From Opitutales bacterium (lineage in GTDB: Bacteria; Verrucomicrobiota; Verrucomicrobiia; Opitutales; PNEW01), in NCBI GenBank assembly GCA_965219535.1, contig CBDCNV010000002.1, positions 900,001 through 932,000 of the forward strand: DNA of 32,000 nt, written 5' to 3'. This document shows, piece after piece, positions 9,125 to 17,401 of this stretch. The position numbers and the translations under genes are program-made. The notes beneath the pieces are model-generated. The model did not search any database and was not told the DNA's origin. It worked only from the letters and a program-made list of their open reading frames with translations. Within the stretch, counting starts at the first letter, position 1. Every line of letters starts with the position of its first letter.

Positions 9125-9964
9125 TTAGCATGGTTTATCGCCGGCGAGGGTGACGCGATGCATGACGCGCCTGAACCCCTGGTAATCATTTACCGGGTTG
9201 TGCTGGGCACAGCGATTGTCCCAGAAGGCGAGGGAGCCTTGTTCCCAGCGAAAGCGGGAAGTGAACTCCGGTTTGACCTGGTGCGCGAAGAGTTGGTCGA
9301 GCAACGACCGACTCTCCTCTTCCGTCCAGCTCTCGATATGCGTCGTGTGGGCATTGTTGATGTAAAGCGCCCTGCGACCCGTCTCCGGGTGCGTGCGTAC
9401 TACCGGGTGCATTGCGCTCAACACTTTTACTTCCACCCCATCGTCGCGTAAGCGGTCCTCCCGTGTTTTTGCGACTTCAGGTTTTGTCGAGTTGCTGACG
9501 CCGACTAAGCCGTTGAGCTGAGTCTTAAGTTCTGCAGAGAGTGTCTCGTAAGCAAGGTACTGGTTGGCGAAAAGCGTGTCGCCGCCCTTGGGGGGAACTT
9601 CGACCGCGTAGAGCAGACTCGCCATCGGTGGATGCTCTAGGTAAGTAGTATCCGAATGCCAGACGCCCCCGAAGTTCACATGCTCGTGCTCCAGCTTGAT
9701 CACCGCGGTGACCAAGGGACATTCGGGCAGGCCCTTCAACTGGGGGTATTCCATCGGTTCGCCGAACTGCCGGGCGAAGTCGAGCTGCTGTTGTGGAGTA
9801 AGTTCCTGGTTGCGGAAGAAAATCACAAGGTGGTCGAGGAATGCCTGGCGGATTTCCGAAATAACATCACCTGCTAAAGGCCCCGAAATATTCACGCCTT
9901 CGATTTCTGCACCGAGTGCACCGTCGATCGGGTGTACCTTGATATGGTTATAATTACGGTGCAC
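9125..9964 (-). CDS. TauD/TfdA-family Fe(II)/2-oxoglutarate dioxygenase
   Basis: 279 aa with family hallmarks: WHSDTTY (His-x-Asp iron ligands), GGDTLFAN and a distal His in RRVMHRVT. GTG start at 9964, with no nearby ATG upstream of the conserved N-terminus. Confidence 0.9.
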   Translation of the reverse strand: MHRNYNHIKVHPIDGALGAEIEGVNISGPLAGDVISEIRQAFLDHLVIFFRNQELTPQQQLDFARQFGEPMEYPQLKGLPECPLVTAVIKLEHEHVNFGGVWHSDTTYLEHPPMASLLYAVEVPPKGGDTLFANQYLAYETLSAELKTQLNGLVGVSNSTKPEVAKTREDRLRDDGVEVKVLSAMHPVVRTHPETGRRALYINNAHTTHIESWTEEESRSLLDQLFAHQVKPEFTSRFRWEQGSLAFWDNRCAQHNPVNDYQGFRRVMHRVTLAGDKPC

Positions 9965-10033
9965 GGCGTTACTTTTTTATTTGATCGCAGTAGGTTAGAC
10001 TAACATCAAGAGCAGGTATAGTTTGTGGTGCAG

Positions 10034-10489
10034 CTATTCGAGATAGTCTCTCTTCATAGGCTCAGCTTTCTTCCATCGATATCTTTTTGAATTCTCTGGC
10101 GAAGCGTAAACTACTTCCAGTTTAGTTCCATCGGAATCATAGAAAAACGTGGCATAAAATTCCTTATAGTGATACTCGGGACAATCCACAGGAGGATCTT
10201 GAATTTTCACACCGGGCAGCTTTTTTATAACTTTGTTATATATTTTATCTACGTATTCACGTGAGGGCGCGGAAAACGCAAAGTGATGAAGCCCTGCCAT
10301 GCCTGTGTGTACTGGCCCCTGCCAGGCACCTTTAGTTTTCGCTTTTACAAGAATCAATAGAAGTTCATCTTTAACATATACGTGACTCGCTTGATTGCGG
10401 AGTCCAAGGGCTTTCATCAGCGGCATGTAGAATTCAGCCGATCGATTAAGATTCGAGCAGCAGATCTCAATGTTATGGATTACATTCAT
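10034..10489 (-). CDS. VOC-family (glyoxalase/dioxygenase fold) protein
   Basis: 151 aa with ATG at 10489. The pattern HNIEICCSNLNRSAEFY...LHHFAFSA...YATFFYDSDGTKLEVVY is typical of the VOC fold. Confidence 0.8.
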   Translation of the reverse strand: MNVIHNIEICCSNLNRSAEFYMPLMKALGLRNQASHVYVKDELLLILVKAKTKGAWQGPVHTGMAGLHHFAFSAPSREYVDKIYNKVIKKLPGVKIQDPPVDCPEYHYKEFYATFFYDSDGTKLEVVYASPENSKRYRWKKAEPMKRDYLE

Positions 10490-10539
10490 AATTTTGTACT
10501 AGGTAGAGTAAGTTGCGTTTAGGTATCTACAGATTCACT

Positions 10540-11373
10540 TTAAGACTTAAAATAAATTCCCTCTGCCGTTCCTCCCAGAATCCACCGCTTGTCCTCATCG
10601 GAAAAAAACGGGATCAAATCCTTCATGATCAGAAACTCGACGAAATTCGCATAGAGCAGATGTTCCGCTCCGTAGGCATCGTAAAGGCGTTTCAGAAACG
10701 GCCACACATCGTGATAGGGTAGAGCTTCATGTGAAGGATTGTGAAGCGTTGTGCGTATATAAACGTTCGGCAATCGGTGCATCGCGAGCAGGGGACCGAA
10801 GCCGGCTTCATCGGGCGCGGTGATGTCGATCATCGCGATGTGATCGATCACAACCTTTACGCCAGGGAACCGTTCGGCCATATCCGCGACCTGGTCCACC
10901 TGTTCCGGCGCGAGAAAAATGTTGAAGACCGCTCCGAGTTCCTGCGCTCTTTTCCAAAAAGGATACATGCAGGTGTCGTTGAACCAGACGCGGTCCTCGT
11001 CATAGATCGGACTTAATCTCAGGCCTACGAGGTTCTGTTCTTTAATCAAGTTTTCCAGACGATCGGGATTCGCCGGGTCCCCAGGGTTGAACAGGTTGTA
11101 GCCCACGAGGAGACCGATGCCCGCAAATCGATCGGGCCACTTTTGAGCAGCGTAAATTGTGTAGTCATTGTTTCGGCCGTAATAACAAACGTGACTGATC
11201 ACGGTCTTGTCGATACCATAGATCAGCATCTCGGCGATCAGGTGCTCGGCCGAATATTCACTCTCGGGTGCAAGAAAGGTCCCGCAGCTCGCTTCCTCAG
11301 GAATAATCGGAAACCTGGGATCGTGCATGACCCACGCATGTTCAGCTGCATTGATAATCGGCATTGGCTCCAT
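10540..11373 (-). CDS. Amidohydrolase-2-like TIM-barrel metal-dependent hydrolase
   Basis: The track ORF starts at a TTG (11409). I prefer the ATG at 11373 (MEPMPIINAAEHAW) or the one at 11364. The N-terminal I-N-A-x-E-H-x-W, internal VVIDHIAM and C-terminal ILGGTAEGIY segments resemble Amidohydro_2 lactonase/decarboxylase-type enzymes. The start is uncertain by about 12 codons. Confidence 0.7.
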   Translation of the reverse strand: MEPMPIINAAEHAWVMHDPRFPIIPEEASCGTFLAPESEYSAEHLIAEMLIYGIDKTVISHVCYYGRNNDYTIYAAQKWPDRFAGIGLLVGYNLFNPGDPANPDRLENLIKEQNLVGLRLSPIYDEDRVWFNDTCMYPFWKRAQELGAVFNIFLAPEQVDQVADMAERFPGVKVVIDHIAMIDITAPDEAGFGPLLAMHRLPNVYIRTTLHNPSHEALPYHDVWPFLKRLYDAYGAEHLLYANFVEFLIMKDLIPFFSDEDKRWILGGTAEGIYFKS

Positions 11374-11443
11374 CTTAGGAATGCGAAATGGGTAAGCAGC
11401 AAGGGTCAACCGTTTAATGTAACTATTAACGCCTGCGTGATTT

Positions 11444-12343
11444 TTAAACGATATTCAAATGCGTTACCAGGGTTTGAGCTGCTTCTTCTCTCTGTTCAAA
11501 ATGGATATCTGAATACAGTGTCCACGTCTCTCGGTGGGTGACGGTTTCACCGGGAGCGATCACGGATTTTGGAGCCACAGTTTCCAGTTCAATGAGGCGG
11601 GGATCGCAATAAACCTGACTGGAACTGCCACGGTCAAAATAGGGGACATCGGGATGATAAACGGCGTGTTTCACAAACAGTGTATCGTCGCGATGATACG
11701 CCAGCCAACTATCGGAATTTAGAAAACCGAATTTAAGCATCCCCTCCTGCATATTCGCTTCAACAAAAATAAATCGGTTACCCCAGTGTATATGTGGACT
11801 GGCAATGTCCGTAAAGGGCCACAATGCAATACTGCGATTAGGCCAGACCCCGGTAGCGTCAACATGTTCAGTTAGCTGCGGCATGAGAGCCACGCCACCC
11901 TCGGGCAGTTGTGTGATCGCCCAGGGAGCCGTCTCGATCGGCCAGATTCCCTCGTTTTTTAAACTGTGATCAACAACAACGGTTGGCCCATTGTCCGGTA
12001 GCGTGATCTGCATTGATTTTTGAATACCGGTTTCAGGTTCGATCGACTGAATGACTACCAGACCATTTTCAATTGCCTCAACTTCAACCGGTTGATTATC
12101 GGGCAGGTAAGTACGCTCTTCCACTTGAGGGGCATGCCACAAGCGATGTCCCCCATAAAGTTTCAACTTTTCATCCTTACCTGGACAGTCGAGTTCTAAA
12201 TCCGGTAATTCGGCGAGCAGGTTTTTGCCCTCCAAAAAGCTCAAACGAATAATGCGCGGTCCGACTGATTGCGTAACGAGCAATTCAATGGATTCATTCA
12301 TTAAACGGACACAGTCCAGATTGAGAAAGTGTGTAGTCTCCAT
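11444..12343 (-). CDS. Conserved protein, possibly galactose-mutarotase-like fold (aldose-1-epimerase/DUF-type)
   Basis: 299-aa ORF with ATG at 12343, in an operon-like run with downstream hydrolase genes. The GGHRLWHAPQ...YLPDNQPV motif resembles mutarotase-like domain proteins as I remember them. The gene is solid; the function assignment is weak. Confidence 0.45.
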   Translation of the reverse strand: METTHFLNLDCVRLMNESIELLVTQSVGPRIIRLSFLEGKNLLAELPDLELDCPGKDEKLKLYGGHRLWHAPQVEERTYLPDNQPVEVEAIENGLVVIQSIEPETGIQKSMQITLPDNGPTVVVDHSLKNEGIWPIETAPWAITQLPEGGVALMPQLTEHVDATGVWPNRSIALWPFTDIASPHIHWGNRFIFVEANMQEGMLKFGFLNSDSWLAYHRDDTLFVKHAVYHPDVPYFDRGSSSQVYCDPRLIELETVAPKSVIAPGETVTHRETWTLYSDIHFEQREEAAQTLVTHLNIV

Positions 12344-12533
12344 AGGTACGTCCCTATATTAATACGGTTCGCCAATGCTTATGGATTGATTGTCCGTTTG
12401 CAAGGCTCCCAAACAGGTTACTGATGCGGGTTGAGGATATGAATTTTGAAATATATAAACCCATGGGTAGATGTTTTCTTGAAAAATTTAGGAGGGAGAT
12501 CATGATAGGAAGACACTGAAAAACAGAAAAAGC

Positions 12534-13322
12534 ATGCTCGATAAGGAAAAGATAGATTATTTTAACGAGAACGGATTTTTACACATTCCGCAGGTGTTTA
12601 CTGCGGAGGAAACGGATGAACTCGCGGATACGCTCGACCAACTGGTGGATGATTGGGCCAATACGACGCCCGGCTGGAGCGGTCCCTGGCGACGTGCCTA
12701 TATGGATGAGGAAACGGAGAAAAAGGCGAAGCTCACGGCCATGCATGACCTCCATCTCTATTCAGAGGCTTGGTGCCGGGCGGTGACGAACAGAAACCTT
12801 ATCCGTGCGATTTCACAGTTGATTGGTCCGAACGTTGAACTGCACCATACTACGATGCATATCAAGCCACCGGAGACCGGCCATCTCTTTCCCATGCACC
12901 AGGATCACCCTTTTTATGAGCATGATGATGGACGTTATGTCGATGTCCTTGTACACCTCGATGACACTAACGCGGAGAATGGAGAAATTCGATTTCTTGT
13001 CGGTTCTCACAAACAGGGCGCGCTAGTCCACATCCGTGAAACTGAAACCGGCGCATGCACACCACACCTGCCGACCGATGTATATAAACTTGAAGACTCT
13101 GTTCCAGTTCCAGCGAAACGCGGTGATGTCGTCTGTTTCAGCATTCACACTATTCATGGATCCTATCTCAATCGGACCGATAAGCCGCGGCGTTTAGTTC
13201 GCTTCGGTTATCGTGATCCTCACAATGTTCAAACCGCGGGCCAAAGCGTCGGTCGGCCTGGTCTTCTTGTCGCCGGCTACCGGCAACGTCGCGAGGGGGA
13301 AGAGTTGTTGAAGATGGTTTAG
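12534..13322 (+). CDS. Phytanoyl-CoA dioxygenase (PhyH)-family Fe(II)/2OG oxygenase
   Basis: 262 aa. N-terminal FNENGFLHIPQVF, iron ligands in MHQDHPFY (His-x-Asp) and a distal His in IHTIHGS. Confidence 0.85.
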   Translation: MLDKEKIDYFNENGFLHIPQVFTAEETDELADTLDQLVDDWANTTPGWSGPWRRAYMDEETEKKAKLTAMHDLHLYSEAWCRAVTNRNLIRAISQLIGPNVELHHTTMHIKPPETGHLFPMHQDHPFYEHDDGRYVDVLVHLDDTNAENGEIRFLVGSHKQGALVHIRETETGACTPHLPTDVYKLEDSVPVPAKRGDVVCFSIHTIHGSYLNRTDKPRRLVRFGYRDPHNVQTAGQSVGRPGLLVAGYRQRREGEELLKMV

Positions 13323-13408
13323 AGTTTAACCAAAATGCGGATCTTCATTACAGATTATGATTGTTAATTACATTCAGCATCTTATTTAAAAGTATAAAGA
13401 AGAATAAA

Positions 13409-14200
13409 ATGACACCAGAAGAGGCCAGTGAAAAGCGGGAACAAGTAATTCGGGATGGGTACTGCGTAGTCGACGATATTTTAACGGAAGATTTTCTCGA
13501 TGAACTGCGCGTAGAATCTGAGCGATTAATTGAAAATCATGAGCCGCCAGCCGATCACATCTACCAGGGTCAGCACGTGGGAGTACAAGGCAAAAATAAT
13601 GCGATTATTCAAAAGTTGCTAACCTGGGGCCCATCAGGTCTAGCGCTCGAAAAACTTGGGTTTGGCGATTTTACAAGCGTCGGTTCGATCATCATCCTGA
13701 CTAAAGACCCGAAAGCGCCGGCGCTCTATTGGCACCAGGATTGGATGAAATGGGAAGATCCGCTCAGTTGTTCACCCTGGCCGCAGATCATGTTTCTGAA
13801 TTATTATCTAAGTGATACTTCTCCTGAAAATGGCTGTTTAAAAGTGATCCCCGGCAGTCACCATCGGCGATTTGCATTGCATGATCAATTGGTACCAGCT
13901 CATGAACAGGGGGCTCGATTCATAGATGAAGATCATCCGGTAATGTTCAGTGATCATCCCGATGAGGTAAACGTGTGTGTTTCTGCGGGCTCCCTGGTAT
14001 TGGCGGATGCCCGCTTATTGCATTCGGCCGGAAAAAATTTTACCGACCAGCGTCGAACATTGATTCTAGCCTGGCACAGACGGGAGGCCATCACCGCGCC
14101 GGACTATTGGGATCGCGATATCCCCGAACCCCTTGCCAATCGGGATCCGGACAAGGAGTACCCCTCCTGCCGCATTCCCGGCGAGTATCTTAAATATTAA
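13409..14200 (+). CDS. Phytanoyl-CoA dioxygenase (PhyH)-family Fe(II)/2OG oxygenase, second divergent copy
   Basis: I trimmed the track ORF from its TTG at 13361 to the ATG at 13409 (MTPEEASEKREQVIRDGYCVVDD). WHQDW (His-x-Asp), IPGSHH and LLHSAGKN motifs are present. Confidence 0.8.
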   Translation: MTPEEASEKREQVIRDGYCVVDDILTEDFLDELRVESERLIENHEPPADHIYQGQHVGVQGKNNAIIQKLLTWGPSGLALEKLGFGDFTSVGSIIILTKDPKAPALYWHQDWMKWEDPLSCSPWPQIMFLNYYLSDTSPENGCLKVIPGSHHRRFALHDQLVPAHEQGARFIDEDHPVMFSDHPDEVNVCVSAGSLVLADARLLHSAGKNFTDQRRTLILAWHRREAITAPDYWDRDIPEPLANRDPDKEYPSCRIPGEYLKY

Positions 14201-14227
14201 GGAGGCCCCGGTAGGGTGCTAACGATA

Positions 14228-14256
14228 TCACTGCATCCAAGGGGTGCAAAGGTTAG
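14228..14256. repeat. Dispersed repeat motif Y, second copy
   Basis: tcactgcatccaaggggtgcaaaggttag matches 8807..8835. A C-to-T change in the stem turns a G-C pair into a G-U-compatible pair on the plus strand. Confidence 0.85.
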
Positions 14257-14415
14257 GTATTCTTCAGAAAAAAGCTTCGTCTTTGCTTGCCACGTCGTAG
14301 CCTATTGGTGAAGACGGGTCTGGCTCTACGTCATCGTCCCTTGTTATTACTGAGATATTAATGTGTTGTGAGCTGAAATTAGCGCTTTTATAATTTTCTT
14401 GATTTTGAAGAAGCA

Positions 14416-14444
14416 CGCTAGGGACAGCCCGCTCCACCTTAATA
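14416..14444. repeat. Dispersed repeat motif X, second copy
   Basis: cgctagggacagcccgctccaccttaata matches 8695..8723. Confidence 0.85.
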
Positions 14445-14464
14445 ATACCCTAAAATAAATGGAG

Positions 14465-14514
14465 GGCCACGCGGAGCCTGTCGGCCAAAGCCTCGGCGAC
14501 GGTTGGTCGTGGCC
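14465..14514. repeat. GC-rich imperfect long hairpin (REP-like), contains repeat motif W
   Basis: The outer 7-bp stem ggccacg/cgtggcc encloses further pairings (gtcg/cgac, cc/gg). The inner segment 14477..14506 is about 26 of 31 nt identical to 18393..18423. Confidence 0.7.
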
Positions 14515-14643
14515 GCTGTAACCTACAAGACGAAGTTTGAGTAACAATTAATGATCCGATAACTTCTCAATGAACTAGTTACTAACACCCTGGGAGGGGT
14601 GAGATAATCGTAGCCCCTCGATGCGACATAATAATAGTTCTAT

Positions 14644-14663
14644 ATGTGAAGCTATTGTCACAT
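14644..14663. promoter_or_regulatory. Inverted repeat ATGTGA-N8-TCACAT upstream of the blaI-like operon
   Basis: Perfect 6-bp arms read directly from the sequence, in an AT-rich intergenic region. No binding factor is known. Confidence 0.25.
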
Positions 14664-14673
14664 GGATGTTAGA

Positions 14674-14692
14674 ATAAGCTCATAGAGCTTAT
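14674..14692. promoter_or_regulatory. 19-bp palindrome ataagctc-ata-gagcttat
   Basis: Perfect 8-bp arms with a 3-nt centre, about 145 nt upstream of the blaI-like start. Function unknown. Confidence 0.25.
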
Positions 14693-14781
14693 ATTTAATT
14701 AATATTATATTTATTTCCTGTTGTTAAACAATAGCTTAAAAATAAATACAGATAAAAAGTAACAAAGCGACTTGCAGTAAT

Positions 14782-14814
14782 CTACAAACGTAGTTTAGTT
14801 ACCTACTATTGTAG
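14782..14814. promoter_or_regulatory. Two candidate BlaI/MecI-type operator dyads (CTAC-N4-GTAG x2)
   Basis: ctacaaacgtag (14782-14793) and ctactattgtag (14803-14814) have centres 21 bp apart and lie 23-55 nt upstream of the blaI-like ATG. The TAC-N4-GTA geometry equals the TACA/TGTA dyad known for BlaI/MecI/CopY repressors. Each site has one perfect TACA or TGTA half. Confidence 0.5.
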
Positions 14815-14836
14815 TCTTTTAGATATACAAACAGCT

Positions 14837-15217
14837 ATGAAAGAAAAAAAGAAAATCAAATTATCCCGCCTGGAAATGGAGGTCATGGAACCTTTATGGA
14901 AAATGGGTAACGCATCGATTCGCCAGATTCATGAAAGTTTGCCCGAAGAGAAACGCCCCGAGTTCACGACCGTGCAGACAATCATCTATCGTCTAGAAGA
15001 AAAAGGTGCAGTGACGCGGCTCCATAAAATTGGCAATGCCTACATTTTTAAAACCCAAATAACCCGCAAGTCAGCGATTGGAAACCTGGTCGATGATTTG
15101 CTCAGTCTTTTAGGTGGATCACCTAATCCGATGATGGCCCATCTCCTGGAGACGGGAAAAATTACATTAAAGGAATTAAAGCAGATGGAAACTTTCGTAA
15201 ATAATACCCAAAAATAG
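14837..15217 (+). CDS. blaI: BlaI/MecI/CopY-family winged-helix transcriptional repressor
   Basis: 126 aa. The N-terminal LSRLEMEVMEPLWKMGNASIRQIHESL...FTTVQTIIYRLEEKGAV is the typical Penicillinase_R domain. It sits 9 nt upstream of an M56 gene, the canonical pairing. Confidence 0.9.
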   Translation: MKEKKKIKLSRLEMEVMEPLWKMGNASIRQIHESLPEEKRPEFTTVQTIIYRLEEKGAVTRLHKIGNAYIFKTQITRKSAIGNLVDDLLSLLGGSPNPMMAHLLETGKITLKELKQMETFVNNTQK

Positions 15218-15226
15218 GACAAAACA

Positions 15227-17401
15227 ATGAAGCTATTCTCACTCATCGATGGACCGTCACTCACCTTCTGGGTTGATATGGGCAATCACCTTTGGCAATC
15301 CACACTGTTTGGTGTCTTCATTGTATTAATTATATTGTTATTAAAAAAGGCATCGGCAAACACACGCTATATCGTCGGATGGATTGGGCTTATAAAGTTT
15401 ATTCTTCCCTCTGCTTTTCTGTATCAGGCGGTTCAAAGTCTTCAGCTCTCATTTCTTTCTAAAGGGTTTTGGAATATGGAGGCGTTAATGCCGCTTAACC
15501 GACACCTTGCGGAGCCCCTGTTTCTCTTTAATAAGTCGGGTGCTTTATCTTTAGAACCCGTTTCTGTTGTCGGTGGATCTTCATCCTCGGGAATATTTCT
15601 TTTAAACATTCTAGGCTTTATTTGGCTGTCAGGAACCTTATTTCAATTTTTCAGGTGGCAATATCGGCTTATCAATTTGAAGAGAGAATTACTCAACCAT
15701 TCTCAAGCAGCGCCTGAATCACTGCATATTACACTGGATCAATTGAGAAAAAAATTTGGTCTCAGGAAAGAGGTAAACGCACTTCTCGTAGACAAAAAAG
15801 TTGAACCGGGTGTTCTTGGTATATTCAGCCCGCGAATTATTTTACCCACCTATCTTTTTAAAAATTTATCGGCAAGTGAGCTAGAGCCGATTCTTATCCA
15901 TGAACTGGCCCACGTTAAGCGCCGGGATAATTTATGGGGCTTTTTGCAGATGGTCTTATTCTGCTTCCTCTGGTTTAACCCCCTGATCTGGTGGTTGAAT
16001 CGTCGTTTGACCTGGGAGAGTGAAAGATCCTGTGACGAGGCAGTTCTCATGCAATCAAAAGATAAAAATAACTACGCGAAAGGTATAATTATGGTTTCAC
16101 ATTATTGTATCGGGTTAAAAATACCGGGCTTTTCAGGAATCAATGATGTCGGCCTGGAAAACAGGTTGGAGTCTATTATCAGTTTCAACGGAAAGAAATT
16201 GTCCAATCGTTTCACACATTGCGTTATCATCTTTACGGTATCCTTTTTCTTATTGCTCACGACTTCCGCGAGTGGGTTCTTGGCCCATATGGAAGCGGTA
16301 AGCACGCAAGGTGAAGAGCAATATGAAACCGAAATTACTTCTGTAGATAGTGATTCGAGTACGGAAGCTATTTACAATTATACTGGTGTGATTATCCCCG
16401 AGGACGCTGCGATTAAAGAAAGTATGGATGCCGGAGATGATTACAAAATAATATTAATGTCGGACGCAAAAGAAGAGCGTTTAAATACATTCGTTAATTA
16501 CGAAGAAGCATCCAAAGTTAAAGGCTATCCCGCGGAAGAATCGGTTTATCAGGAAAGAATAGAGAAAGGTGCACATCACACGGTTTCTAAAACAGAAACG
16601 AATCCCTTTCGCGCACAATCAGCGGTCTCTACGCTCAATAAGTTTTTCAGTCCGTTGCAAGTACCTCAAACCGTTGCCAATAAAGAAAATAGTCAATCCT
16701 ATCAAACTGTTGTCCGGTCAAACCGGGAGAACCAGAGTGAAAACGATAAAGAGTACTATTCGCAATTAGAGGTCCTTAACCAGGTAAAACCTGTATTTCC
16801 CGAGTCTGTTCTCCATTTAGGTATCACCGAGGGCTTTGCGGAAGTTGTTCTCATTGTCGATGAGAGGGGCGAGCAGCGAGACATGATTGTATCGGTTGCT
16901 TCCCATAAGCAATTTGGTTTAGCCTCAGTCGCAGCGATACAAAAATGGAATTTTATTCCTCTGCAGGTGGATGGAAAAGCGCAAACGAGTCGGGTTAAAG
17001 TTAACGTAGACTTTAAATATATCGGTGTCGGTCAAGCAAAGTATCCTAGTATTATAGAAGAAGCGGCACTGAGATTTGAAAGGAACGGTTTATTCGATAA
17101 TATCAGTAATCTTGGTCAATTAGACCATGAACCGCGATTGATTAAAAATGTAAGGCCCGTTTATCCTGAGAATTTGAAAAAATCTGAGAAGAGTGGCATG
17201 GTGGTGGTAGAATTTTTCATTGATCCCGCAGGTAACGTGAAAGCACCGGGAATTAAAATGGCAACTGATGATGAATTTGCTATTTCCGCCTTGGCAGCGA
17301 TTAAAGAATGGAAATTCGAACCCCCACTCAAACGGGGCAAGCCAACCTACGCCCGTGTCTATCAGCGGTTTGCTTATAACCATATTCCGGTGAACTTTTA
17401 A
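15227..17401 (+). CDS. BlaR1-like M56 zinc metalloprotease fused to two TonB C-terminal-like domains
   Basis: 724 aa. N-terminal TM helices with the HLWQSTLF motif. HEXXH motif HELAH at 15899-15913, followed by a further TM segment. Low-complexity linker, then two TonB_C-like units (about 16750-17020 with KPVFPES...IQKWNFIPL, and about 17120-17398 with RPVYPEN...GMVVVEFFIDPAGNV...IKEWKFEPP). No penicillin-binding (SxxK) sensor domain is evident. Confidence 0.85.
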   Translation: MKLFSLIDGPSLTFWVDMGNHLWQSTLFGVFIVLIILLLKKASANTRYIVGWIGLIKFILPSAFLYQAVQSLQLSFLSKGFWNMEALMPLNRHLAEPLFLFNKSGALSLEPVSVVGGSSSSGIFLLNILGFIWLSGTLFQFFRWQYRLINLKRELLNHSQAAPESLHITLDQLRKKFGLRKEVNALLVDKKVEPGVLGIFSPRIILPTYLFKNLSASELEPILIHELAHVKRRDNLWGFLQMVLFCFLWFNPLIWWLNRRLTWESERSCDEAVLMQSKDKNNYAKGIIMVSHYCIGLKIPGFSGINDVGLENRLESIISFNGKKLSNRFTHCVIIFTVSFFLLLTTSASGFLAHMEAVSTQGEEQYETEITSVDSDSSTEAIYNYTGVIIPEDAAIKESMDAGDDYKIILMSDAKEERLNTFVNYEEASKVKGYPAEESVYQERIEKGAHHTVSKTETNPFRAQSAVSTLNKFFSPLQVPQTVANKENSQSYQTVVRSNRENQSENDKEYYSQLEVLNQVKPVFPESVLHLGITEGFAEVVLIVDERGEQRDMIVSVASHKQFGLASVAAIQKWNFIPLQVDGKAQTSRVKVNVDFKYIGVGQAKYPSIIEEAALRFERNGLFDNISNLGQLDHEPRLIKNVRPVYPENLKKSEKSGMVVVEFFIDPAGNVKAPGIKMATDDEFAISALAAIKEWKFEPPLKRGKPTYARVYQRFAYNHIPVNF

